Assembly (NCBI GenBank): GCA_963650905.1 | Contig: CAVJNC010000001.1 | Coordinates: 1-47,382, forward strand | Direction of reading: 5' to 3' | Length of the DNA stretch: 47,382 nucleotides | Source: Subdoligranulum sp. APC924/74 | GTDB lineage: Bacteria > Bacillota > Clostridia > Christensenellales > Borkfalkiaceae | In this document: one piece after another, positions 1 through 9,013 of the stretch | Layout of the letters: each line of letters begins with the position of its first letter | Position numbering within the stretch: position 1 is the stretch's first letter | Notes under the pieces: model-generated | What the model was told of the DNA's origin: nothing | Database searches by the model: none | The model's input: the letters and a program-made list of their open reading frames with translations, nothing else | Program-made: the position numbers and the translations under genes

Positions 1-33
1 ACGTAAAGCCGGGCGGAAACCGCCCGGCAAAAA

Positions 34-414
34 TTATTTTTCAAGAATTAAAATGGCGTCAGTGTCTTCATAAATAACTGTATTTCCGTTGACCGCAATG
101 GAAATACTTCCGCCGTCTACGAAACAATTATAAATGCAATCATCGATTTTGCACCACACTCCTTTTATTTCAAAGGACGAGCCGCTATCGGTAATTTTAA
201 TTATAAGCGTATGGTCGTCATTTACGGTGGCAATAATGGAATCTTTGGAAAGTTTATTGCCTTCATACGTATCTCCGGGTTCATACAGTTTATTGTCGGC
301 GTAAATCATTTTCAAACGATATTTGCCGCTGATGCCAGAAGAACAAGAGCATAACGAGAATAAAAGCGTTAAAACGCACAATAATGATAAAATAGAGATT
401 GTTTTTCTTTTCAT
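34..414 (-). CDS. Small secreted lipoprotein, function unknown
   Basis: 126-aa ORF with an N-terminal signal peptide and a lipobox-like LFSLCSC. No catalytic motif recognised. GC hairpin at 8-28 lies just past the stop. Confidence 0.6.
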   Translation of the reverse strand: MKRKTISILSLLCVLTLLFSLCSCSSGISGKYRLKMIYADNKLYEPGDTYEGNKLSKDSIIATVNDDHTLIIKITDSGSSFEIKGVWCKIDDCIYNCFVDGGSISIAVNGNTVIYEDTDAILILEK

Positions 415-497
415 AATATCTCCTCCTTTATCTTATTGTATCACGCCTGATAGGCGTAAGTCAAGCAAATTACGCCCATTGATTGTAATATATATAT

Positions 498-710
498 ATG
501 ATTACATTAATGCAGATACAGAAAAAAATATCGGAAGCAATTACGCAAAGCAATATGACGCAAACCGAAATAGGGAAAAGGCTGGGCATTTCGCAGCAGT
601 CGGTTTCGCATTACGTCAAGGGGGATAAACTGCCCGCACTCGACACTTTGGCAAACCTGTGCGTTTTGTTGGACGTTGATCCTGCGGATATACTTTGCAC
701 CGAAGATTAA
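498..710 (+). CDS. XRE-family helix-turn-helix transcriptional regulator (70 aa)
   Basis: MTQTEIGKRLGISQQSVSHYVKG is a classic HTH_3 motif. The start could instead be the second ATG at 510. Confidence 0.8.
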   Translation: MITLMQIQKKISEAITQSNMTQTEIGKRLGISQQSVSHYVKGDKLPALDTLANLCVLLDVDPADILCTED

Positions 711-722
711 AAGTAAAATTAA

Positions 723-753
723 GCGGCTCGGAATCGAAACGATTCCGAGCCGC
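723..753. terminator. Bidirectional hairpin terminator between convergent genes
   Basis: gcggctcggaatcg-aaa-cgattccgagccgc forms a 14-bp stem. It is flanked by A-rich sequence on the left and atttta on the right. Confidence 0.6.
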
Positions 754-776
754 ATTTTAAATTGTTATCGAATTGG

Positions 777-1655
777 TTAAAACAAAGAAATGATTATCCC
801 CGAAACCGCGCCGATAAGATAAAGCGTTAACGCAAGCAGAAGATTCCGCTTGGTTTTTTTCGTGTTTCTGAACAAAATCGCAAGCCCTACGCCCGCGTTG
901 GAAATAAGCCCCGCGGTCATCGCCCCGAACGAAATCGCTCCGCTTACGAACGCGCTCGTGATAACCGCCGACGAAGCGCAATTCGGGATAAGCCCTACGA
1001 GCGAAGTCACGAGCGGCGCGAGAAATTTCGATTTTTCAAGAAAAGCCGCGAGTTTTTCTGAGCCGACCAAGCCGTTTTCGGCAAAAAGCAATCCGAAAAC
1101 GAACGTTACGGCGAAAACGTAAACGAACGTTTGCAACGCGTGGATGAGGGGTACGCCGATATATCTTTTAAAGCGGACGCGTTTGTGGTCGTCCTCGTCC
1201 TCAGTGCCGTGGTCGTGGCAGTGCGCGCAGATATCTTCGTGTTCGAAATTCTCGTCCTCCGCCGTCGTTTTTTTGCCGGATATCGCGTTTACGACTTCGC
1301 CGACGATAATCGCGAGTATGATTTTTATCAGCAAAAGGGGAATGAGATAAACGCGTTTGTCGCTGGAAATTAGTATCGAAAACGCCTCGTCGCTCGTCGC
1401 GATGAACACCGAGAGCAGAGTTCCGAGCCCGATAAGACTTTTTTCGTAAAGTTTTGCCGACATAACCGAAATTCCGCATTGCGGAAACGCCCCCGCGAGC
1501 GAGCCGAGAACTGGCGCCGCCTTGCCGGTTAAAAACTTACCGTTTTTCGCGAAGTTCGCTTTTCTTTCGAGAATTTCGATGACAACGTAAGTCAAGAATA
1601 TAAACGGCAGCATTTTAAGCGAATCTAAAAAACTGTCTTTTAAAATTTCAAGCAT
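777..1655 (-). CDS. ArsP_2-type ~10-TM putative metal-ion permease/exporter
   Basis: Polytopic membrane protein with PQCG and IPNCASS motifs and a His/Asp/Glu-rich loop (EDENFEHEDICAHCHDHGTEDEDDHK). I place the start at ATG 1655 (MLEILKD), preceded by AAGGAGGG. The 341-aa ORF-track extension is upstream leader sequence. Confidence 0.65.
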   Translation of the reverse strand: MLEILKDSFLDSLKMLPFIFLTYVVIEILERKANFAKNGKFLTGKAAPVLGSLAGAFPQCGISVMSAKLYEKSLIGLGTLLSVFIATSDEAFSILISSDKRVYLIPLLLIKIILAIIVGEVVNAISGKKTTAEDENFEHEDICAHCHDHGTEDEDDHKRVRFKRYIGVPLIHALQTFVYVFAVTFVFGLLFAENGLVGSEKLAAFLEKSKFLAPLVTSLVGLIPNCASSAVITSAFVSGAISFGAMTAGLISNAGVGLAILFRNTKKTKRNLLLALTLYLIGAVSGIIISLF

Positions 1656-1736
1656 AACCCATGAACCCTCCTTTATCGATTTTGTATCGCTTCGCGTCTG
1701 CGGCGTGTTGCGTGACTTTGGAATATCGACTACAAG

Positions 1737-1765
1737 ATTATACCCTTTTTTATGAAAAAAATCAA
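1737..1765 (-). promoter_or_regulatory. Sigma-70-like promoter of the metal permease
   Basis: On the minus strand: TTGATT, 17-nt spacer, TATAAT. It lies about 80 nt upstream of ATG 1655. Confidence 0.6.
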
Positions 1766-1939
1766 ACGTAATATCGCCCGTCGTCGTTTTTAGTTTTTTC
1801 ACCGCCGATGAGACTTCGACATTTCCGCCGAGAAACGACCGCCGTTCAGTCGATTTTCGTTTTTCCGCCGATAATTTTTTCCGCCGATAATTTTTCGTCG
1901 CCGCGCCGTCGGGATTTTTTAATCCCGACGGCGCAAAAA

Positions 1940-1971
1940 CCCGAAGCCGCGGATATTTCCGCGGCTTCGGG
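1940..1971 (-). terminator. Intrinsic terminator after the XRE-membrane regulator gene
   Basis: cccgaagccgcgg/ccgcggcttcggg forms a 13-bp stem followed by TTTTT on the minus strand. A second hairpin at 1903-1934 lacks a U-run. Confidence 0.7.
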
Positions 1972-2150
1972 CTATAATGGAGAATGATTTATAAAAACAA
2001 GAAAAAACTTGGGGTGAGCGAATTCGATTCGTCCTGACCTGAGAAGAACGACTTTGCTTAGCCGAACTCATCTCTCAGATTACGCTTTCATTATATTCTT
2101 AAGTTATGTTGCGCGTTTGACGGCATAATATTTCTTTGGTGAAATATATT

Positions 2151-2870
2151 TCACTCAGTTTTTTCCTTGACGGGGTTCGTTTCCGCTTCGGCAGATCTTA
2201 TAAAACCGTGTTTTCTCGGCTTTTTTTCGTTCTTTTTATCCGCGTAATCCGCCGGCCTGAAAATGGAGAACGAAATGAAGGTGCTGGTTTTGCTGAACAA
2301 CGTGGAAACCACGATCATCGCTTCTATCGGAATGCCTATGAAGAAAATCGGCCACAGGTTATAAGAGAGAATCTGCAGATACGCCGCGACGATGATTCCC
2401 CAGCAGATCAGCGAAAACAAAACGGTGTTCACCCATCTTATGTTGCCGTGCGCTTTGTTATATTTGGCGCAAAGATATGCCGAAACGGGTATCGCCCAGA
2501 TAAACACCTGCCAGAAAACGACTTTCTTTATGATAAAAAAGGCAACGTAAAGCGTTACGGCGATGGTGAAAACCGAAAGGACGGAAAGGCAGAGCATGAC
2601 TATGTCGTTCGATTGATTGGCGGATTGCTTTTTTTCGCGGTTGATCAGATTTTCCGCCGCGTTTTCGTTTATCAGATCGTCCACCGTTATGCCGAACAAA
2701 TCCGCCACCGCGCCGAGCGCGACGATATCCGGAACGGACGAACCGTTTTCCCATTTGGAAATCGTCTTGTCGGAATAGGCGATTTTCTCGCCGAGTTCCG
2801 ATTGTTTCATTCCGCTCGCCACCCGCAATTCCTTAATATTTTTGGCTATGTTTGTTTCTATCTGATTCAT
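2151..2870 (-). CDS. Membrane-anchored XRE-family regulator (N-terminal HTH plus about 4 TM helices)
   Basis: MKQSELGEKIAYSDKTISKWENG is the HTH_3 motif. Hydrophobic helices follow, then a Lys-rich tail. Confidence 0.8.
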   Translation of the reverse strand: MNQIETNIAKNIKELRVASGMKQSELGEKIAYSDKTISKWENGSSVPDIVALGAVADLFGITVDDLINENAAENLINREKKQSANQSNDIVMLCLSVLSVFTIAVTLYVAFFIIKKVVFWQVFIWAIPVSAYLCAKYNKAHGNIRWVNTVLFSLICWGIIVAAYLQILSYNLWPIFFIGIPIEAMIVVSTLFSKTSTFISFSIFRPADYADKKNEKKPRKHGFIRSAEAETNPVKEKTE

Positions 2871-2879
2871 CGTGACTGG

Positions 2880-2908
2880 ATTGTAACACTAATCTTCGAT
2901 TTTGTCAA
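2880..2908 (-). promoter_or_regulatory. Promoter giving a near-leaderless mRNA for the XRE-membrane regulator
   Basis: Minus strand: TTGACA, 17 nt, TACAAT. Only 9 nt separate the -10 box from ATG 2870, and there is no Shine-Dalgarno sequence. Confidence 0.6.
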
Positions 2909-2917
2909 GTCCGATTC

Positions 2918-3009
2918 GAAAACCGCCGGCAATAAAATTTTAAAAACCGCCGGCAATAAAATCTGAAAACAGCCGGCAATAAAATTTTAAGATTCGCTTT
3001 ATTGCGGCC
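2918..3009. repeat. Three tandem ~23-nt repeats plus one inverted copy
   Basis: The core CCGGCAATAAAAT occurs at 2926-2938, 2950-2962 and 2973-2985. An inverted TTTATTGCGGCC lies at 2998-3009. The inverted copy plus the nearest direct copy form the araC terminator hairpin. Confidence 0.75.
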
Positions 3010-3046
3010 GACGAAGATTTCCGTTATACCGAAGCCGACGGGAATT

Positions 3047-3880
3047 TTATTTGTTTCTTATCCTGTTCGGCGTGGCGTTGTAAACGTTTTTGAAGAGATG
3101 GTAAAAATACGAAACGTTGTCGAACCCGACGTTTTCGCATATCGCTTCGACGGGTTCGTCGGTGGACGCGAGCAGCATGTAAGCGTAATTCATTTTCTGA
3201 CGGTTAAAATAATCGGTCATCGTAACGCCCGTGTATTCTTTGAAAACGCGGCGCATATAGTTGGCGTTATACGCGTATTTTCCGGTTATTTCGGAAACGG
3301 AACGGCGGAAATTTCCGCGCGAGTTGAAATCGCCGAGCAGACCGAAAAGCCATTTCGGCATAGGCGGTTGTTTTTCCGCGCCGCGGGCGATAATCATTTC
3401 TATAAACGTCGAAACGAGAATTTTCGCCGTCGTTTTATAGGTTTCCTCCGTCGGGCTTAAAAACAAAAGCGGTACGTAATGGTCGATTTGTCGCATTTTT
3501 TCCGCGGAAATCCTGAACGTGACGGCGTTTCCGCCGAAGAACGCCGCCGAATGCGTCGGCGAAAAATAGTCGAACGCCGACCTGAAAAATTCCGCTTCGA
3601 CGCAAACGTCCGTATGCCGCGTTTCCGAGCCTTTCACGGGTTCGAATCCGTGAACGTCGTTCGGAGTGAGAATGCACGCGTCGCCGGATTTTACGGGGTA
3701 TTTTTTCCCGTTGAGAATATGCGTCGCTTCGCCTTCCGTAGTATAGAAAAATTCAACGTAATCGTGTTTGTGCAAAGGTGTGGTTTCGTTTCTGGAATCC
3801 CGAGGGAAAACGGGAGCGTTTTTAGGCATAATTTCTTCAAAAACGAATAAAAGCGGTTTTTTTTGCTGATTTTTTTCCAT
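3047..3880 (-). CDS. AraC-family transcriptional regulator (N-terminal cupin, C-terminal HTH_18)
   Basis: Cupin region: HKHDYVEFFYTTEGEATHILNG. C-terminal AraC signature: MTDYFNRQKMNYAYMLL...VGFDNVSYFYHLFK. Confidence 0.85.
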   Translation of the reverse strand: MEKNQQKKPLLFVFEEIMPKNAPVFPRDSRNETTPLHKHDYVEFFYTTEGEATHILNGKKYPVKSGDACILTPNDVHGFEPVKGSETRHTDVCVEAEFFRSAFDYFSPTHSAAFFGGNAVTFRISAEKMRQIDHYVPLLFLSPTEETYKTTAKILVSTFIEMIIARGAEKQPPMPKWLFGLLGDFNSRGNFRRSVSEITGKYAYNANYMRRVFKEYTGVTMTDYFNRQKMNYAYMLLASTDEPVEAICENVGFDNVSYFYHLFKNVYNATPNRIRNK

Positions 3881-3995
3881 TTTTCGTCGTCCGGTAAAAT
3901 AAATTCGTTGTTTTCATATTAACACAATTTTTCCGTAATGACAACGAAACGGGTGAAAAAGTGTGTCCGGCACAATAAAAAGTGCGATTAAAGCA

Positions 3996-4024
3996 TTGAA
4001 AAAAACGACGGATAATAGTAAAAT
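3996..4024 (+). promoter_or_regulatory. Promoter of the nucleoside hydrolase gene
   Basis: TTGAAA, 17 nt, TAAAAT. It implies a 5' UTR of about 170 nt. Confidence 0.5.
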
Positions 4025-4197
4025 GAAATCGCTCGGAACGAAAGGGAAAAGCCTTACGATTCCGGCCGATATCCGGCGTATGATTTTCGGGAGCGATTAT
4101 GCGGAAAGGAAGACTCACAATCTATAGAAATAAAACACGAACTGAAAAACGGCGGAATCGTTTCGACGATCGGTCTGCCGGACGGAGTGAAAAAGAT

Positions 4198-5103
4198 ATG
4201 AAAAAGTATATTTTCGATACGGACATAGGCGCGGATTGCGACGACGCCGTCGCGCTTTTATATGTTCTCGGCAAAATGAAAAGCGGCGAGTGCGAGATTA
4301 AGGCGATAACCATTTGCGCGGCGAGGAAATACGCTTCCGCGGCGACGCTCGCTTTAATAAAAGACTTCGGTTGCGGCGATATTCCGATAGGCGGATATAA
4401 GGGCGAGCCGCTGCCTTGCGACGCGGCAGACAACTATGCCGAGGCGTTGGCGGACGGCAAAAATTTTATCGCCGAAGACGCCGTAAAACTCATACGGAAA
4501 ACGCTTGCCGAAAACGATAAAATCGATATCGTCTGCTTAGGTCCGTCGTGCAATATCGCGGGGCTTATGAACAGCAAACCCGACGAGTATTCGGATAAAA
4601 ACGGCGTTGAACTTATAAAGGAAAAAGTCGGGAAACTGTATATAATGGGCGGCGCGTTCGAATCTGACAAAGGCGAAAAACCGTTCGTCGAATGGAATAT
4701 CGAACAAGATATACCGTCCGCAAAGAAAACGTTCGGAGAGTTTCCCTGCGAAATCGTGGTCGTTCCGTCCGAAGCCGGCGCAAGGGTGGCGACCGTTGCG
4801 AGCAGTACAAAAGGGCTTACGAGAAAGGCTATGGAAACCTTTTTTAAAAACGCGGACGGGCGTAACGGAATAAAATACGAAGAAAACCCCGAAAGAACCC
4901 GGCCGAGTTGGGATCCGCTCGCTTGCATGGTCGCGCTCGACGAAGATAAGTATAACTATTCCGGGTACGGAGAAGTCGTCGTTTCGGAAAACGGAATTAC
5001 CGAATTTAAAAAGAATAAAACGAAGAAACACCGCTATATGTCGATTAACAACGATTTTATGCAAGCGGAAAAGGAACTCAACGACTACCTGAAGTCTTTA
5101 TAA
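4198..5103 (+). CDS. Inosine-uridine-preferring nucleoside hydrolase family protein
   Basis: N-terminal DTDIGADCDDAVALLYVLG matches the IUNH Ca-binding aspartate motif (DTDxGxDDxxAL). Start chosen at ATG 4198 after GGAG. The basic 33-aa extension from 4099 is rejected. Confidence 0.7.
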   Translation: MKKYIFDTDIGADCDDAVALLYVLGKMKSGECEIKAITICAARKYASAATLALIKDFGCGDIPIGGYKGEPLPCDAADNYAEALADGKNFIAEDAVKLIRKTLAENDKIDIVCLGPSCNIAGLMNSKPDEYSDKNGVELIKEKVGKLYIMGGAFESDKGEKPFVEWNIEQDIPSAKKTFGEFPCEIVVVPSEAGARVATVASSTKGLTRKAMETFFKNADGRNGIKYEENPERTRPSWDPLACMVALDEDKYNYSGYGEVVVSENGITEFKKNKTKKHRYMSINNDFMQAEKELNDYLKSL

Positions 5104-5114
5104 ATGCTTGATTT

Positions 5115-5144
5115 AGCCGATAGGAATTCGAATTCCTATCGGCT
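5115..5144. terminator. Perfect 30-nt palindrome between convergent genes (possible terminator)
   Basis: agccgataggaattc|gaattcctatcggct. Neither side has a clear U-run. Confidence 0.4.
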
Positions 5145-5170
5145 ACGGCGTATTCAGGTTAAAGTTTTCG

Positions 5171-5269
5171 CGGTTTATTCGAGTTCGAACGCGCCGGCAT
5201 ATACGGTTTATTCGAGTTCGAACGCGCCGGCGTATACGGTTTATTCGAGTTCGAACGCGCCGGTGTATA
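5171..5269. repeat. 3 x 33-nt tandem repeat spanning the stop codon of the ABC gene
   Basis: The unit cggtttattcgagttcgaacgcgccggc[a/g/t]tata starts at 5171, 5204 and 5237. Copy 3 encodes the real C-terminus (...GAFELE*). Copies 1-2 are in-frame pseudo-C-termini that each carry their own stop. Confidence 0.9.
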
Positions 5270-7148
5270 ATTGATAATAAGCGCCGCGCTTTGCGATGAG
5301 TTCTTCGTGATTGCCTTCTTCGATGATTCTGCCGTGGTCGAGAACGAGAATTTTATCGGCGTTCTGCACGGTGGAAAGACGGTGGGCTATAACGAAAACA
5401 GTTCTGCCTTTCATTATTTCGTCCGTGCCTTTCTGCACGAGTTTTTCCGTTCTCGTGTCGATAGAAGAGGTCGCTTCGTCTAAAATAAGCAACGGAGTAT
5501 CCGCGATAGCGGCGCGGGCGATGGAAAGAAGTTGGCGTTGCCCCTGCGAAAGATTCGCGCCGTCGCTACTGAGCATCGTACCGAATCCGTCGGGTAATTT
5601 CATAATGAAATCGTAAGCGTTCGCCGTTTTCGCGGCGGCGACGATTTCCTCTTCGGTCGCGTCGAGTTTGCCGTAACGGATATTGTCGGCGACCGTTCCC
5701 GTAAACAGATTGGTTTCCTGCAGGACCACGGTGAGCGAATTACGCAGGTCGGCTTTTTTGATTTTGTTGATATTGATTCCGTCGTAACGGATTTTTCCGT
5801 CCGCTATATCGTAAAAGCGGTTTATAAGGTTGGTTATGGTCGTTTTTCCCGCGCCGGTCGCGCCGACGAACGCCATTTTTTGCCCCGCGGCGGCATTTAT
5901 CGAAATATCGTGAAGAACGACGTGATTTTCTTCGTAACCGAAATCGACGCGATCGAGTACGATATTGCCTTTCAGTTCCGTGAGAGAGGTCGTTCCGTCA
6001 TGATGCGGGTGTTTCCATGCCCAGAGACCGGTTTTTTCTTTACATTCGCAAAGTTCGCCGTTTTCGTTACGTATCGCGTTAACGAGGGTGACGTATCCGT
6101 CGTCCTCTTCCGGTTTTTCGTCTATAAGAGCGAAAACTCTGTCCGCCCCCGCGAAAGCCATCGCGCACATCGCCGTTTGTTGCGACACCTGAGCGATTGA
6201 CTGCCCGAACTGTCTCGACATTTGCAGAAACGAAACGATAACCGCCGCGCTCATTGCCGAAACGCCCGCGAGCGACACGTTTTTAAACCCCGGGACGAGG
6301 CAGAAAACGCCGCCGATGAACGCGAGAAGAACGTACATATAATTGCCCGTACCCGAAAGGCAAGGCATGATTACGTTGCCGTATTCGTTGGCTTTTGCCG
6401 AATCGTTTTTCACGGTTTCGTTGATTTTTCTGAAATCTTCAACGGAACGATTTTCGTGAGAAAAGACCTTGACGACCTTTTCTCCGCCGATGATTTCCTC
6501 GATAAAACCTTCGATCTTAGCGGTGGAATGTTGTTGAGCCACGAAGTATTCCGCGGACTTGCCGCCCGCTTTTTTTATAATCGCGAGCATAACCGCGGCG
6601 CACGCGTAAACGATTATCGTAAGCCACAGCGAGAAATAAAGCATGGCGACCGTCAATATGACGAGCGTGAATACGGTGTTCATGATCTGAATCATGCTTT
6701 GCGAAATGAATTGTCGTATCGCGTCTATGTCGTTGGTGTAATAAGACATTATATCGCCGTGTTTATGCGTGTCGAAATATTTCACGGGGAGTCGTTCCAT
6801 TTTCGCAAACATATCTTTGCGAAGCCGATTAAGCGTTGTTTGTCCCATTTTCGCTACTATAAACGAATAGCAGGTCGTTGCGAGAATGCCGAGCCCGTAA
6901 ACGACGACCATCGAAACGACGAGCGCGATAAACGTTCCCGCAACGCTTGCGAATCCTTCCGAAAGAGCGGGCGTTACCACGTCGTTTATCAGGACGAACA
7001 TAAACACGCCCGACGCTGACGACGCTATCGCGGAAACGAAAAGACAAATCGTTACGATTATCATCGCCGCTTTGTTATGCGAGAAAATGTATTTAATCAA
7101 CCGTTTCATGCTCGACGGTTTTTTATTGTTTAATGCCGCGTTATTCAT
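5241..7148 (-). CDS. Heterodimeric ABC exporter subunit (TMD-NBD), consensus-site half
   Basis: Six TM helices plus an NBD. Walker A GATGAGKTT, Walker B LLILDEATSSID (catalytic Glu present), degenerate signature LSQGQRQL. 8-nt overlap with the upstream partner. Confidence 0.9.
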   Translation of the reverse strand: MNNAALNNKKPSSMKRLIKYIFSHNKAAMIIVTICLFVSAIASSASGVFMFVLINDVVTPALSEGFASVAGTFIALVVSMVVVYGLGILATTCYSFIVAKMGQTTLNRLRKDMFAKMERLPVKYFDTHKHGDIMSYYTNDIDAIRQFISQSMIQIMNTVFTLVILTVAMLYFSLWLTIIVYACAAVMLAIIKKAGGKSAEYFVAQQHSTAKIEGFIEEIIGGEKVVKVFSHENRSVEDFRKINETVKNDSAKANEYGNVIMPCLSGTGNYMYVLLAFIGGVFCLVPGFKNVSLAGVSAMSAAVIVSFLQMSRQFGQSIAQVSQQTAMCAMAFAGADRVFALIDEKPEEDDGYVTLVNAIRNENGELCECKEKTGLWAWKHPHHDGTTSLTELKGNIVLDRVDFGYEENHVVLHDISINAAAGQKMAFVGATGAGKTTITNLINRFYDIADGKIRYDGININKIKKADLRNSLTVVLQETNLFTGTVADNIRYGKLDATEEEIVAAAKTANAYDFIMKLPDGFGTMLSSDGANLSQGQRQLLSIARAAIADTPLLILDEATSSIDTRTEKLVQKGTDEIMKGRTVFVIAHRLSTVQNADKILVLDHGRIIEEGNHEELIAKRGAYYQLYTGAFELE

Positions 7149-8889
7149 CGTCGTTACCTCCCGTTTTATTCTGCGTTTCGTAAATGTCTCTGTATATCGC
7201 GTTCGACTTCAGAAGTTCTTCGTGAGAACCTGTTCCGTTAATCGTTCCGTTATCCATAACTATGATTTTGTCGGCGTCCTGAACGGACGAAACGCGTTGC
7301 GCGATTATTATTTTGGTGGTTTCGGGCATCGTTTCTTTTAAGCCTTTACGAATAAGAGCGTCTGTTTTCGTGTCGACGGCGCTCGTGGAGTCGTCGAGTA
7401 TTAAAATCTTCGGCTTGCGGAGAAGGGCGCGGGCGATGCAAAGGCGTTGTTTCTGCCCGCCCGAAAGGTTCGCTCCGCCTTCTTCGAGATAAGTTTTATA
7501 CCCTTCGGGGAAAGCGCGTATATATTCGTCCGCCTGCGAAATTTCGCAGGCTCTTTTCATTTCTTCTTCCGTCGCGTTTTCGTCGCCCCACCGTAAATTT
7601 TCTTCTATCGTTCCCGAAAACAGAACGTTCTTTTGCAGAACCACGGCGACGCTTTGGCGGAGAACGTCGAGGTCGTATTTCTTCACGTTCACGCCGCCGA
7701 CTTTCACCTCGCCTTCCGTAACGTCGTAAAGGCGCGAAATCAGATTGACGAGCGAAGTTTTGCTCGAACCCGTTCCGCCCAGAATTCCGACCGTTTCGCC
7801 CGATTTAATATGCAGGTCGATATCGTTCAGGACGGTGTTTTCGGCTTTATCGGAATATCTGAAAGTCACGTTATCGAAATCCACCGAGCCGTCCGCGACG
7901 GTCGTCAATGCGTTTTCGGGAGTCGTAAGGGTGCTTTCTTCTTCCATGACTTCGGCGATACGCTTTGCCGAAGCGACGGACATCGTTATCATAATCAGTA
8001 TCATCGCAAGCATCATAAGAGAGGAAAGAATATTGATTCCGTAAGTTATGAGCGAAGAAAGGTTGCCCGTGGTGAGCGTTCCCCAGCCGAGTCGACCGGT
8101 GATGACGCAGGCTCCGAGTACCGAAATGATAACGTAGCAGGCGTACATGAAAAAGGTCATCGAGGGCGTGAGCCACGCGACGATTTTTTCGGCGTGAACG
8201 AAATCGTTCGTCACGTCGTCCGCGGCTTTTTCGAACTTTTTGTTTTCGTAATCTTCCCTTACGTAAGTTTTTACCACGCGTATGCCTTTCACGTTTTCGT
8301 GTACGGAATTGTTGAGCGCGTCGTAACGTCTGAACACGCGGGAAAAGGTGGGCGTCGCTTTGCTTATAATAAGAACGAGAATACCGCCTAAAACCGGCAC
8401 GCAGACAAGGAAAACCCACGCGAGCGACGGACTGACGATCAACGCCATGATCACCGAGAATATCATCATGAGCGGCACGCGCACGGCGATACGGATTATC
8501 ATGCCGAAAGCGTTCTGAATGTTCGTTATATCCGTAGTCATTCGGGTGACGAGAGAAGACGGGGAAAATTTATCTATGTTCGCGAACGAATATCCCTGAA
8601 CCTTAACGAACATATCGTCGCGCAGATTCGCGGCGAACCCCGCGCCCGCTCTCGCCGCGCATTTTCCCGAAATAACGCCGCACGCAAGCGCGCAGGCGGA
8701 GAGCGCGACCAGAATTCCGCCGTAAATCAGAAGACTTCTCCAATCGACGCCGCTGCTGTCGATGAGTTTTGCCATAACGAAGGGCAGGGCGCATTCGCAA
8801 ACCACTTCGAGAGCGACGAACAAAATACTTAAAAATGCATTCTTTTTGTTCTCCCGAAGCGATTTCATAAGAAGTTGAATCGTTTTCAT
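7141..8889 (-). CDS. Heterodimeric ABC exporter subunit (TMD-NBD), degenerate-site half
   Basis: Walker A GGTGSSKTS, canonical signature LSGGQKQR, Walker B ILILDDSTSAVD (Asp replaces the catalytic Glu). Start at ATG 8889 (MKTIQLL) after GGAGG. Confidence 0.9.
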   Translation of the reverse strand: MKTIQLLMKSLRENKKNAFLSILFVALEVVCECALPFVMAKLIDSSGVDWRSLLIYGGILVALSACALACGVISGKCAARAGAGFAANLRDDMFVKVQGYSFANIDKFSPSSLVTRMTTDITNIQNAFGMIIRIAVRVPLMMIFSVIMALIVSPSLAWVFLVCVPVLGGILVLIISKATPTFSRVFRRYDALNNSVHENVKGIRVVKTYVREDYENKKFEKAADDVTNDFVHAEKIVAWLTPSMTFFMYACYVIISVLGACVITGRLGWGTLTTGNLSSLITYGINILSSLMMLAMILIMITMSVASAKRIAEVMEEESTLTTPENALTTVADGSVDFDNVTFRYSDKAENTVLNDIDLHIKSGETVGILGGTGSSKTSLVNLISRLYDVTEGEVKVGGVNVKKYDLDVLRQSVAVVLQKNVLFSGTIEENLRWGDENATEEEMKRACEISQADEYIRAFPEGYKTYLEEGGANLSGGQKQRLCIARALLRKPKILILDDSTSAVDTKTDALIRKGLKETMPETTKIIIAQRVSSVQDADKIIVMDNGTINGTGSHEELLKSNAIYRDIYETQNKTGGNDDE

Positions 8890-8954
8890 TTTAACCTCCG
8901 AAATTGTAAAGAAGAATAGTTTCCCGAGGAAAGAATAGTTTCCCGGGGAAACAA

Positions 8955-8970
8955 AGTTTGATATCAAACT
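8955..8970. promoter_or_regulatory. Perfect 16-nt palindrome, candidate MarR operator between marR and the ABC genes
   Basis: AGTTTGAT|ATCAAACT. It shares the GTTTGA/TCAAAC half-site with the palindrome at 9470-9484. Confidence 0.45.
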
Positions 8971-9013
8971 ATTTGCCGGTTTTTTTCGTCGTTCCCGAAG
9001 AAACGACGACGGA

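Noticed and set aside
2005-2085. Possible yybP-ykoY (Mn) riboswitch suggested by GGGGTGAGCG ... CTTTGCTTAGCC near the metal-permease gene
   Set aside because: The resemblance is on the plus strand, while the permease is on the minus strand. The conserved GGGGAGUAG and UUGACAUA/GAGAGAC elements are not reproduced in the correct order. The segment lies upstream of a strong terminator (1940-1971), so it is more simply the 3' UTR of the XRE-membrane gene.
2918-2988. CRISPR-like appearance of the evenly spaced 23-nt repeats (also 5171-5269)
   Set aside because: The repeats are directly abutting with no unique spacers. There are only three copies, the units are too short, and no cas genes lie nearby. 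These are simple tandem duplications.
3638-3652. tRNA T-arm-like GGGTTCGAATCCGTG
   Set aside because: It is embedded in the AraC coding region, with no flanking acceptor or anticodon stems that would complete a cloverleaf.
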